A stretch of DNA of 63,812 nucleotides, the filler included, from Rhabdomonas costata (Eukaryota): NCBI GenBank assembly GCA_019059605.1. It is 24 parts of 24 records of this genome, joined end to end, with 100 filler letters (N's around TTAATTAATTAA, not from the genome) between each part and the next. Parts side by side here need not be neighbours in the genome. Positions count along the whole stretch, not along the records: positions 34,723 to 37,276 come from JAHMHO010002890.1; positions 37,377 to 39,929 come from JAHMHO010002891.1; positions 40,030 to 42,581 come from JAHMHO010002892.1; positions 42,682 to 45,234 come from JAHMHO010002893.1; positions 45,335 to 47,888 come from JAHMHO010002894.1; positions 47,989 to 50,541 come from JAHMHO010002895.1; 18 more parts are not named here. One strand, 5' to 3'. Below, one piece after another: positions 36,130 to 48,752 of this stretch. The position numbers and the translations under genes are program-made. A model generated the notes under the pieces. It was not told the origin of the DNA. It did not search any database and worked only from the letters and a program-made list of their open reading frames with translations. Every line of letters begins with the position of its first letter. Position 1 is the first letter of the stretch.

Positions 36130-37276
36130 GTTCTTACAGCTCCAATTCACCCAGAGGTGCTCAAACTCAGCTAGGAGTACAAAAACAACCGCATTGACTT
36201 CACATAGAGAAAAGAAAAGTTTCGCATCCAAACTCCGCGGATGTACACTTTGTCCCCCAGCAAAGATTCCGAGTCACAGAGTCAGCTGAAGGACTTACTT
36301 GACCATGCGCACATCAAGGAAGTCGCATCTCCATAAATATCAGTGATACTTTTCGTCACGAAATTTAACGCGAAGCTTCGGGTTGTGGTGGAATACAGAC
36401 TCCTAAACAAGCTGGTGACAATACAACCTTCCGCGCATAGAAGACATATATGATCAAGTTGGAGAGCTGATTCTTCTCAAAGCTTGAGATGAACTCTGGA
36501 TTCCACTAGATCCTGGTCCACCCATACCACGTGCAGCGTACAACCTTTAAAACGAAGCACGGCAATTTGCCTACCAGTTCATGCCGTTTGTACTGTGCAA
36601 TTCTGCATTTCAGGAGACAATATAATTCATATTCCAATTATGATAAAGTTCGCAGGAGCCCATATCTACGACATCGTTGTGGAACATTTTACGGCATTGA
36701 GTCAGGTGTACGACAAGATTAGTAAAGAGCGCTTTTTCTCGTTACCAGAAACGTGCATGTGTGTGCTTTCAGAGGTTGTACTGCTTGTATATCCTCTAAC
36801 TCTCTTGGATCAGACACAAGCAATAGAAACTCCTCACAATAAGACATTATCCAGTTCCAAAAGACGTCACATACTTAGCACCTTCACGTGACTCTTTGGG
36901 TTCTATCAGAGGTTTGTGGAATACTGCGTCACTGCTGCCGAGCCATTGACAGACGTGATTTAGCAGCAAGCTTTTAAGTTGCTGAGGTAGCGCCTTCTTC
37001 AAGCACAAATTCTCATTCACTCATACATGAACAAGACTTTTGTGCACACGCGTCAGACGTGGGTATTGTGGCTACTCTGTTGCAGTCGGATTTGTGGGCT
37101 TGCCGGAGCTGGTAGCTTACCGCTAGAGAAAGCAGGAACAAGACAATAACTACCGAGTGCGTGGTATTAATATTCTCGCCTTGGTTGATGCTCTGAAGGA
37201 TTGGAGGCACTATTTACTAGGCTCAGAGTTACACATCTACACCAATAACTCAATTCTGCGGTACATACAAAAACCC
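36130..37276 (+). mobile_element. Degenerate Ty3/Gypsy LTR retrotransposon pol (RT-RNase H) relic
   Basis: Frameshifted and stop-containing motifs in order: KLRVVVEYRLLNKL, FSKLEMNSGFH*I, RTTFKTKHG, MPFVLCN, GFYQRFV..AEPLTD, ASDVGIVATLLQ, ALKDWRHYLLG. Confidence 0.85.
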
Positions 37277-37376
37277 NNNNNNNNNNNNNNNNNNNNNNNN
37301 NNNNNNNNNNNNNNNNNNNNTTAATTAATTAANNNNNNNNNNNNNNNNNNNNNNNNNNNNNNNNNNNNNNNNNNNN

Positions 37377-39929
37377 GTGGGGGGTGGACATCTGCAAAAA
37401 TTGGTTCGGGCAGTCCGACAGGGAGAAGCCGAAGCTATCCAGCCCATCGTGCAGGGGAAAGGGCTCGTAGAACAGCTCATGGGGAGGCCCAACCAGAGCG
37501 GTGGGGGCGTCGTACGTGCCCACCAGCTGCACCGCGTCCACTTCAATGTACCCCTTTGCCTGGCTGCAGTCAAACTCTAGTCGAAGAGTATCCACAGGGA
37601 ATGGTGTGGCACAGATGGGAATGGAGCGCACAAGAGGGGCGATCGGGTCCACGGGAAGGGCAGAGCCTATCCACAATGTCAGCCAGCTGCCTCCGGCATA
37701 AGGATTTGGTGTCCTGACCCGAACCAGCGAGCGGGCGCCATCATTCTGAAACAAGGAAGGGAAAAATAAAAATGAAATCAAGAAGTGAGTCACGGAAACC
37801 TCATCATTAAGGTGTCAACGGTGGACACAGCTACGACCCTCCAAATCTCAGCAATCAGAAAATTTCCCAAGAGATTCCTCAACCAAAAGAAGGGACTCGA
37901 TGATAGAAATGAGAAAACCCCCACAATGACCATCTCTGAAATGTAAAGCTTGGCAGGGAAGGTGACAGTGATGAATTCAGTGTAGCAGAACTGGTTCTCC
38001 TTGCACGTGAAGTTATTGCCCAGAGTGCTCCACGCCCTGGCGTCGTCGCCATAGATGAAAACGTCTTGGGGCCCAAGAATGCCAGTAGCAGGCTCACTGG
38101 AGTATTCACTGCTGAACTCCAGCACTCCAGACGCCCACACCGCTGTGGTATTCATTGCAGGAGTCAAAGAGGTCACTGCCTGCCCTTTGTGGAACAGCGT
38201 TCCCTTCGAGGGAAGGCTGCCAAGCACAACGGTGGCGATGTCCTGAATGAAAACAGGTTACCATTGTTAACAACATCTAGTGCCCTTGGCATTCGTGGAT
38301 ACATTCAGAGAAATGTTCCACATGCATTAGTGAAAAAAACACACCACACCAACGCTCAAAAAACGTCAAAAAAAGTCACATTCCATGGGCTGGAAACTAG
38401 CGACGTCATACAACATTTCAACGCACAGAAAAGTACGGGGATTTCGTGATTATGAGCTGCTTCCCACCACGCCTCTCATTTCTACGGTCCGAGGCAAACT
38501 TTCAGCTTCAAGTCTATACTTTAACTATTGCCACGGTGCCTTCCTACCGTCCACGCGTTCTTTTCCGTTGCGAAGGCACACACCCCATTGGGGTCAGTGG
38601 CGTTGATGGAGATGTTGACCCCAGGGGAGTCCTCCAGCAGGGTGGCCATTGTCGCCCCGCTCAGAATGGGCAAGGTGTTGGAAAAGGTAACGTCCACGGT
38701 AATTTTTCCCTCAGCGGGAGAGAAGCTGTGGTTGGCCTGGTGCACGGACTCCTCCAGCACGGCGTACCGAAAGAAGGTGTAGCCACGGCCCCAGCCATAA
38801 CCCGTGCTCTGAAACATCACCTCGCACCCCTGGTTGGCAACCTTTGTGCCCGGGGTGGTGATGGCAGCGCCTTCACCGCTAGATTGATACAAAGTGCCTG
38901 GGCAGAAAAAATGGGTTAATGCTGAGCTGAGAAGGATCAACAAATATACAACAAATAATCGCATTTCATTGAATCACGAGCCTTTGCAGTCCGGAGCTAT
39001 CTTCTTAGCCTCTTATCAACCGTCACCGTAGCGAAGCGAAGCTGGCAGGAATCGCGGACCCCGAATTGGGAGGAAGGGCACCTTCCTTGAGGAACCTCGT
39101 CGGGGGGGGGGGGCTGCGTCTGCGTGACTAGGGTGGTCCATGTGGAGACAAAAAAGTGAAAGGTAACGCTGTCAAGTGCGACGAACAAAGAGAGTGTAAG
39201 TTGGGGAGAGGGGACACAGCCACGCGGAGGTGAGATGACGCTATTCTAATCTCTAAAAAAAAGGGATACAATTAAAATAAGCGGAGCGCTGAAGAACAAC
39301 TAGAACTGATCTCATCGGTTTGCTTTGGAGCGTATGCGTGATCTACCTTGGTGAGGGAGTTCGATTATATAACAGCACAGAATGTCTCCGTCAGGATCGT
39401 CGCGTGGAAGAGCAACGGAGATCAGCTTCCCCAAAGGGGCTGCCACAGTGACCTCCGCCGCGGCCGGGCGCTTGTCAACCCAAAACAGGATGTTACCCTA
39501 TTCACAGAGTTGTGTTAGTTGAGACGAAAGTCTTCCGTTACTTACCAGCAATGGCAGAACATAGGGAAACGCCAACGCACCGCATTAGAAAATCGCAGAT
39601 GACCAGCCAGATATAGGCAAAGAAGAGGAAACAAAAGACGGAGAGAAAGAAGAACTTTGGAAGTGCTTTGGCGGCCTTGGAGAGGGCTCAAGCGCCTCCC
39701 TCATTTCCGTCACCCACACACGCGGAATAGAACAGGCCAAAGAACTGCGCCCACCCGCTCAACCCTGCAAATCACTGCCATACCACAACCTGTCCAAAAC
39801 GGGGCACTAGGCAAACATACACCCGAGGGGTGGGAAAAATACCGTCGCAATGCTGCCGTCGTCAACAACAGCCGTGTAGGTGAAACCGTCCCCGGTGAAG
39901 TTCTCCGAATGGCTCTGGTACACCAACCC
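37377..39929 (-). CDS. Large extracellular modular protein fragment (cadherin/Big-like Ig repeats plus a galactose-binding-like domain), 5 exons
   Basis: FTGDGFTYTAVVDD, LLEDSPGVNISINATDPNG, LPSKGTL, WASGVLEFSSEY..GPQDVFIYGD..AW, YIEVDAVQLVG and GLDSFGFSLSDC; GT-AG joins all in phase. Confidence 0.7.
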
Positions 39930-41211
39930 NNNNNNNNNNNNNNNNNNNNNNNNNNNNNNNNNNNNNNNNNNNNTTAATTAATTAANNNNNNNNNNNNNNN
40001 NNNNNNNNNNNNNNNNNNNNNNNNNNNNNTCCATCTGAAGCTGGAAGCAGAGCACAGCTGCAATGCTGGCGTCCACATCAATCCCCTCAGTCGAATACCA
40101 GGATGCCAAGGTACCCAAAGTGCCGAAGAGAGGCAGGAGCCACCGGCTCAGAGGCTTAGCCAGCGGCGGTAGAGTAGCCATTGAATTACATTGAAAAAAC
40201 TTCATACAACTAGGTGATGTAGGTGTAGGTACCCCACTGCTCCCTGCACGCACTGCCCCAAGGGAAAAAATCAAGGCGGTGGACTGCCCGGGTTTCGCCC
40301 TTGCTGAAGGGGCCAAAACAACCCTTGTCTTCACATTTTCGCTGCGCGAGTGTAGACTAGCAAGTATTTCTCTCTTTGAGTCCAGGAAGGCCAACCGATG
40401 CACACTCAGATGCCAGAAGGAAGGACTCCTGAGAACTAAGCTTAGGAAGGGCTCAGCCTGGGGGCCTGCAGAGGCCGTTTCACGAGGGAGGGCCAAAAGT
40501 TCCGAAAAAAACGAAAATGACCGAAAACCGAAAACTCTCTCCTGGGCAACTCTAAACAGCACGAAGTACTCCTGGGCTGCACCCTTTAGGTTGCTACAGG
40601 TCCGCCCGGAACCTCAGACTCAAAATGCAGGCCTGCATTCGCCCAAAGAGGGCCTTCAAAGACTGGTTTGGCAAAGCTAGCTCAACTTATGAGGTCCTTG
40701 TTAGGTCTCCGGTCCCATCCGGTCCCTTCGGGAGCTCCCCCCCCCCGCACTGGTTTTTTGCGTTCCACCTCCCTTTTCAAAAGTGGACTTGTGGGAGGCT
40801 CGCGCTCTACCGGCTGCTTGCCCCCGCTCTTCTTGCTGTGATTAACTGGCGTACTAGGCGAAGGCCCTCTCTGCACTGGCCGACAACAACATAAAAATAT
40901 GCTCCGAGGGAGAGAAACCCCTATTATGGGTTCACCGAGTTTGAAAAAAGTTATAACGGTTCTTTATGTGACAATATGGTCTTGAATTCCCCCAGACCGA
41001 TTTCCTGGTATATCGTGTCACTGGTACAATCAAACGATAACTCCAAAAAGTGCAAACGAGCGAACAAAACAGCACTAAGGAATGGATAATCATTATCAAT
41101 GCGCAATTTCTCAAGAAGAACACATTTGATTTGGTTGGTTTTTGTAAATGACGTAGCTTAACATGCCAAGTGGTGACAAGCAATGGTTCAAAGACTTTGC
41201 AATTCCTGCAG

Positions 41212-42254
41212 AGAAGAAGGAAGCAAAGCACTCTGAACAATGGTTTTTCTTTGTACTATTGCATTCTTGAGAAAAGCTTTACTTCCTGATTGATGGTTGT
41301 TGCCTGTTTTGTTTGGAAACAGGCCGCTTTTGCTCAAAAATTACGATAAGCTGAATGTACGGACATCGCACTATACCCCAATTCCCCAGGGTTACACTCC
41401 GTTGAAACGACCAACGAAAGGTGTGTGCAGTTTCTTGGTTGTGTCTCTCCGCGGTTGCTTTTTCTTGAAGTTCTTGTGCATTAGTGCCATCAGACCATCA
41501 GACCGGTACCTTCGATGGCTTTTGTTTCCCACGGCTTCCGCATTGCCCACGTCACACCCGCCATGTGAAGCTTTCATCCCGCATCCCGCGCACACACCAG
41601 TTTTTGCTGCATGTGAGACTCTAGCAGGGCCGAAGAGCCTTCCAATTCGCTAGAAGGAATTGGGAGTTCTGAGCCATCCAACAACAGGCAAGTCGGCCCA
41701 TTGAGGAATGCGTTCAATTGCTCCCTGGTTGACCAACTGAATTGACTCCCTTCTTTCAGTTGCACAAACGACACCAACAACTTGTCTGGAATTCGTCTGT
41801 TGTGTCTTTTGTCATTGTTGTTCGCATTTCTTTTTGCTTCAGAGTACCTGAAGTACGGTTGCCTTAATTTGGATAAACCTTCCAACCCTTCCTCCCATGA
41901 AGTTGTCTCGTGGTATGCCCTTTGAACATTTGCCAGGGAGGATTCACAAATTGGGACATGACCCTTTGACCTTTGCCTGGGTTGCTTTTTGTGTTGTGCT
42001 GTTCAGGGTTAAGAGGATTCTGAAAGTGGAGAAAACGGGCCACGCGGGCACTCTGGATCCCAAGGTTGGTCAACATTTCGTTCGTTCCAAGGAATGGAAG
42101 GTCCTTTTTTTTCGGTGCTTTTCAAAGTCCTTTTTTTTTGCAGGTCACAGGGAGTTTGCTAATCTGCATCGAGCGGGCCACACGGTTGGTCAAGTCCCAG
42201 CAAAATGCTGGAAAGGAGTACATCGGCGTCCTGCGGCTGCACTCTGCTATTGAG
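41212..42254 (+). CDS. CBF5: H/ACA snoRNP pseudouridine synthase Cbf5/dyskerin, partial, 5 exons
   Basis: [57 protein letters not shown] and [20 protein letters not shown] introns. The first short exon is less certain. Confidence 0.96.
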
Positions 42255-42721
42255 GTCAGTTTTCTCTGGCTTGGTGGAGAGGGACTTGGGGGGTTTCATC
42301 TTTTTCCAAGCGGCAAGGGAAAGGTTTCGATCTGTGTGAGTGTATGGCTTGTTGGTGTGTGGAGCGTCCGTTTTTTTTCCCAAAGTTTTCTTTTCTGTCC
42401 GGCAAACACAGGTAAACTGTACAAAAAACATGTTCACGGGAAACATAACCGAACATATTACTTGAAAAGGCAGCTTTTCTTGTAAATGGGAAGGATGGAT
42501 TGCACGTGCAGTGTCGACATAAAGGGGCAGTGAGACAATTGTTCAAAAGGACGGGAGATAGTACGCGGGCTGAGGTTTTTTNNNNNNNNNNNNNNNNNNN
42601 NNNNNNNNNNNNNNNNNNNNNNNNNTTAATTAATTAANNNNNNNNNNNNNNNNNNNNNNNNNNNNNNNNNNNNNNNNNNNNTTTTGCTGTTTTCAGGTTT
42701 TTCCATTTCCCCGTTTTCCAG

Positions 42722-42789
42722 ATGATCCGACTAAGTTCTCGTGCTCCAACGTGGTGGAGGTCGAGCCTCCTCTCCTGGAAAAGCCGTGA
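42722..42789 (+). CDS. Possible terminal exon of an unidentified gene
   Basis: Strong polypyrimidine tract plus CAG, then DPTKFSCSNVVEVEPPLLEKP*; the frame is not certain. Confidence 0.3.
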
Positions 42790-45385
42790 GAATCAGGTGA
42801 GTGTCTGATTAATTTGAGTCTGAGAAAAGAAATTTCGATGTAGATTTTAGGCGGGTGGGGGTGCAGAGAGCGATACCCTTTCCCCTTGGAACTTCCATGT
42901 CAGATATTGAAGGTGTTAGAAGGCGATTTCCGGGTCCCACTCCGGGTGTTTTTTGGGGAGCTGGATTTGGAGCGGGACGGTTGACTGCAAAATGCGGTTG
43001 TGTCGACGGAGCGGTACAGAACCCCAGAAAGATGGCCACGCTCACCCCCGTCACTTTTCTCCGAAGGGGTTTGCCACAAACGCTATATTCCAAATGCCTT
43101 CCTACCCGCACAACCGCCAAAACGCTTGCGTTTGCTTTGTCTTTGATTTTCGGTGCTGCAGTGCAAGTGCTTTGGGAAAATCCACAATTTCGACACCGTT
43201 CGTGCACATCATCTCCGCCTGACCCCTTAAGCTGGGAAAGTTTTATTTTTGCGGAAAGTTGGGTGCCTTCCATTTGTTTGTTTTGTCCAATGCACCAAAA
43301 AGAACGGGAGAGTGGAAGGGATCATTTCAAAGAGTTGTTGTTGGCTTCAGTGTTGCGCACTGCGATTTCCCTTTTGCTTTTTGTAGCTTGCAATCAGCCG
43401 ACTTTAGTTGCACCAAACCAATGGGCAGTGCCATTACCATTTGAAAAGGTGGGTTCTCCAGTTCCCTCTTGTCGGCTTGTGGCGGGCTGGAAAGGCGTTT
43501 TCCCGGCTTACGGTCTACACGTTAAGAACACGTTAAGATCGCTCTTTGCAGCGAAGACAAGCATCAGCCCAACAATGCTCCAAGGGTAAGGAGATGGATT
43601 TCGCACGGGGTGCACGGGGGACCCCTAAGTTCCTCCGGTTGCTAACACTTCCTTTATCGCGGATGTACATGAAATCGAGTCAAACCTTTGTGCCCTGATT
43701 TGGTGGGCAGGGATGAAATCGGATGACATTTTAGATACAGGTGATATTTTCTAGGATTTTCTAGGGCAGGTGCTTTGGGTGGTAGGGGGGGAGCGGGTCG
43801 GTGCCACATGCGCAACTTTTTCTTTTTGAAATGAAGTTGCGCATGTTCAGGTCTTGGTTTCAACGTAACACCCTTGATGATGACATGTAAATACTGAAAT
43901 TCTAGAAATCCAAAAAAAGAATTCATTCCGATAGCTTTCTAATATGTTGCACGGTTGTGCTGTCCTTCGGAGCTGCAGTTGGCCGTATTGATTTGAAATG
44001 AAATTGAATGCATAGCACACTCTCCTTTCCCTCTCTCTCAAACTCATAATGACAGAAAGGCGAAAAGACTGATCACTCCTGCCCTAATTCATTTCGATCC
44101 CCTGCGGATGGCAGCCCCTCAAACAGTCCACAGACTACAAGCTTTCACAGACTACAACTTTCCAGGGGTTAGGAAGCAGACAGAAAAGAGAAACGGGAAC
44201 GCACCAATAATGACCCAAAGCAGAGCGGGCGTGAGGGAGCGTTTTCCTGAGAGGATCTAACTTGAGGGAAGGGGTCAAGATAAGCGCAAGGGCAGCGGAA
44301 TCACAGCCCATAACCTACGAACACACGCAAACCCGATCACAAGCGCGAATGGCACGCACACCAATACCGTTTCCAGCACAATCACACCCTACCAACACAC
44401 AAACGCATACAGAGGCACACCAAAAAGAAGAGCACACACGCAAGACCCCATCGCGACACATGCCCATTAAAATTAGTCCGATTAATTTTCCAGCCCATTT
44501 GAATGCGTTCCGCTCCACGCTTGGATTCCTTACCGAAGACGTCACCAGCGCCACCGAAACATCGCAGGCCCCACGCGCACGACCCCACGGCGGCCAACAG
44601 CCGCAGCTCCGCTTGAATTGTGCCTTGCCCTGTGAAAATATCAATGCAAAATCAGGCCCCAAAAGCCTGATAGTACGGATGGGCATATCGGTTTGCATAC
44701 GAATAGGTTAAAAAAGTGGATACCCCCGTGTTTATCTAGGTTTTTTTAATAATTAATTTCGGATTCCGTCACAACCCGCAAGGGAAAAGCCTATGCCGTT
44801 GCGCGCGGATGCGTAAAAGGTTTGCGTTGGTTTCCCGCTTCGATTGAGAGTGCGTGTCATCTCTTGGCCTAGCGCGCGCGGAGAAGTTGCAAAATAATTA
44901 TGCCACAAAAATTGTATTCAAGCAATTGGTGCTGTGGAGCGGCAAAGCTACGGAGATTATCGTTTCTTGGTGCTAAAGCAACGGTTCCACGTTGTTTGCT
45001 TAAACAGATTTGTAGAAAAGGGCTTCTTTTCGAATTTTTTTGTTTATTTTTTACCTCTTTCTGAAGCCGCAGGACGTACTCTACTGAAAAAGTTCCCTTC
45101 AAAACGTTCGGCGGCAATCGGTAAATGCCAATTAGAAGTCCCAGACTATGTTGCCCTACGCTACGCCCAAATAAGCTTTGGAGACGCTGGCTGTGGCATC
45201 GTCGCTAACCGGCCAACGTTCTTTAACCCACAACNNNNNNNNNNNNNNNNNNNNNNNNNNNNNNNNNNNNNNNNNNNNTTAATTAATTAANNNNNNNNNN
45301 NNNNNNNNNNNNNNNNNNNNNNNNNNNNNNNNNNTTTGTGTTTGTGAGAATTTTTTCCCTTACCCCCTTTTTGTTTTTTTACCGA

Positions 45386-46114
45386 ATGGTTTGGCCAGTC
45401 AGCACCAGGGTCCGGGCTGTGCAGCTGCTGTGGCAGCTCGGGTCCGCCGCAGAAGCACGTCGAGCCCTAGCCAGGGAGCTGGGCAGGCGTAAAGCGCCTC
45501 CTGCCCAGACCATTACCCGATGGTCCCGGGTCCTTGAGGAGACAGGGAGTCTGCTGAGGCACCAGGACCGTCGGCGACCCCACCGGCTCACACCAGCCAC
45601 TATAAGGCTCCTGAAACAGGAGCTCCAGCGCCGCCCACGGCTCAGCACCCGCCGGCTCAGCGCCCGCACAGGGATACCCCGTACCACGGTACACCGGGCC
45701 ATCAGACACCAGCTGGGCTTGTTCCCCTACAAGCTTCAGCTGGTCCAACGGCTCCACAGAGGGGATAAGGCCAAACGCCTGAGGTTTTGCCGCTGGCTTC
45801 TGTCGAAGTGGAGGCTTTCTTCGTTCCGAAAGGGCCTTTTAATGACTGATGAGGCCCACTTCCACTTGGATGGGAGCGTAGTGAAGCAGAACTGCAGGGT
45901 TTGGGGGGCCGAACAACCCCACGAGGTAGCTTTTCGCCAAGGGCAATCCCCACATGTTACCGTGTGGTGCGGGGTGGCCTCGTGGGGCATTGTCGGTCCA
46001 TTCTTTTTCGAAGAGGGACGCAAAGTGGTCACTGTGACCGGCATTCTGTACTGCCGTATGCTGGAGGACTACTATTTACAGGGGGTGTACTACTATTTGT
46101 TGCCACGTGCCTGA
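45386..46114 (+). mobile_element. Tc1/mariner-superfamily transposase (rosa/DD41D-like, DUF4817-type N-terminus), truncated
   Basis: HTH region (STRRLSARTGIPRTTVHRAIR..LGLFPYKLQLVQRL), first catalytic Asp in MTDEAHFHLDG, NCRVWG and VTVWCG..GIVGPFFF. Similarity stops at about 46077, before the second and third Asp. Confidence 0.9.
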
Positions 46115-48752
46115 AGCATACATTCTGGTATAAAAATATGAAAATGTTGAGTAGGGATTGGATTTACTGGAAGCAATTGCTGTACTTACATGACAATGGC
46201 ACTACCAACTCAGTGTCAAACACATTTAACATTGCACATTCGCCAACAAGACTAAATAAATTTGCGCCGTTTGACATATGGAGTAAAAAACATGCCACTC
46301 ATGTGCCAACACGGCAAAGTAATGGCACTGCGTTTGTCTGGATGATGTCATTTGAGTCATTTGAAACCACTGGCACTTTCTCTTTGAGTAACACACAAAA
46401 TGATGTCAATGTCTCTTACGGCAATTTTATCAAATGCCACAACTAGCAGAAAATTGGGAATTTTCTGCCTATCATATTTTTGAGTTGCTTTGCTGTGATA
46501 AAGCCAATGACATTCATTGTTCAAAACTATTTTGGAGAAAATTTCAATAACAATTTCCCACAAAATGTGCTGATATGGCACTTTTTGAAACACTCAAATT
46601 AACACGTTATTTTGTGTAACTTTCACTATATTTACAGCTGTTTTTATGCCTAGGAATTCATNNNNNNNNNNNNNNNNNNNNNNNNNNNNNNNNNNNNNNN
46701 NNNNNNNNNNNNNNNNNNNNNNNNNNNNNNNNNNNNNTTTGTGTAACTTTCACTATATTTACAGCTGTTTTTATGCCTAGGAATTCATTCCACATCTAAA
46801 AGCACACTTCTAGCTAAAACGTTCTATTTGAAATCGAATCTGATGCAGAAGGTGTGTTGGAACTACGTTCCTACAGCCCATTTCCACATACTTATCTTGG
46901 TCGTCCACATGCCACTTGAGGGCTTATAACATAAAGTAGCTTCAGCATCAGCAACAGAGGTTATGAGGTGCCAACGAATTTACAAGTAGCAGAGCCACAT
47001 CACAGAAGGCAACATGAACCACTTGAAACGTGAATGTTCCATGGCTGATCTCCCAATGCCAAATGCTTTTTTCACTAGAGGTTCCTCCCAACACCGTTCC
47101 AGCATACGCATTAGGATTATTAATAAGAGTGAGCATTTTACTGCGCAAACTTTTGTTTTGCACATTAATTAATGTTATAGGAAGTGGGTTGGTCTCGAGA
47201 TATGCGTGGAAGGTGATGTGTCATGCAGAAGAGGCTGCCAATTTGAACTGGAAGAAAGTAGGTGTGGTGGAGTCGCGTGAGGTTGTACAGGGCGTGGATA
47301 AATGTGCCGAGTTCAGAGTCCTGCCTGTCTGCCCACTGCATCATGCACAGCAGTTAAATCAGGAGATTGGCGGAGTGAGCACGCACGATCACTGATAAAA
47401 CACGTATGTGGTATGTGGTATGTGGTATGTGGTTGTATGTGGTGGAAGTGGGCAGGGAAGCAAACAAAACTCCAACTTCGACACCTTTTTACAATCCACT
47501 CACATTTCAATTCACAATGCTTAAGAAACTTGACATCAAAAAACTGCGACTCATATGTTTCTCACCAAGCTCCACATATAAAATTGCTTTTGTTCCATAG
47601 AAATACCTAATTCTGTGCGGGGTTCGTTTGCATTACAGTCACCACTAGGTAATACCACACCTTGTATTCATCTCGGTCTTTGCTAAGACAACACTCTAAG
47701 AACTTCGTCGCTTGTTGTTCCTTTATTTGCAATATATGGAATACATCTTGCTTGTTTACACCGATCTGTGGTTCCTTTCATTCTGCACGAACTATGCTGT
47801 TTTCCTATTAAAAGCAGCCGGATTTCTTTGAACACGAAAATCAAAACCATTCATACTCCGTAAATCACCTGGATTGGGAAACACAACCNNNNNNNNNNNN
47901 NNNNNNNNNNNNNNNNNNNNNNNNNNNNNNNNTTAATTAATTAANNNNNNNNNNNNNNNNNNNNNNNNNNNNNNNNNNNNNNNNNNNNAATTTGTTAGAA
48001 CAGTTCCTAAATATAAAAGTAGGAGTGTGTGACACCCTCAGAAAAAACAGCACATGAGTGAACACTGATACTTGAGGGCTCAACTGAGGTCAAGCACTCG
48101 TGAGCATAACAAAAAGAAATGGAAGCAGAAGCAACATCAAAAATTCACGATGGCGGCTTCAAAAACGTGAAAAGGAGGACATAAAAGAGGCAGTACATGT
48201 ACATACACATCTGAAAAGCAATCCCCCCTCGTTGAGCATCCTTTCGACAAAGGGATGACATTGCCCCCGACCCAAGGTTGCGATACAAACCTTGGTGAAC
48301 ACTTATTTGGAAACCGCGAATCGCAGGCCTAATTCAAAACCAACACACCCATATAGCCCATGCGTTTGCCATCGGGATTCAGGATTTGGATGGATGGTTG
48401 GCATTTTACTTTCGGTTGAGTGTGCGTGATGATGAGTATGAAGATACCTCTCTCTCTCTGCGTGTTGTGTGACAATACATTTTCCGCCGACCCATCCCCT
48501 CTCTGCTTGTGGCTCTGTGTCTCGTGGACCATTGGACGTTAAACACTTGTGGCTACCGTCTTTTCTAAAGAAAAACCCGTCACTTCTTTTCTCATGACCC
48601 AAAGAAGAGCTTCATGATGAGAACTCACTTTTCAGTCAGAATGAGACACAGTGCCTTCCTTCCTTACGGAAGTCTTCCATTGTTTCAAACAGGCAGCGGC
48701 CCCACCACAAGGAGAGCCGCAGAGGTGTCCCATACAGCAAAGTACAGCCAAA

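Noticed and set aside
42855-43589. 244-codon plus-strand ORF
   Set aside because: No ATG at its start, no recognisable motif, and it lies just after a probable terminal exon; likely a chance ORF or decayed repeat.
46611-46788. 51-bp direct repeat flanking an internal N gap
   Set aside because: Identical sequence on both sides of a scaffold gap is a typical unmerged-overlap artefact.
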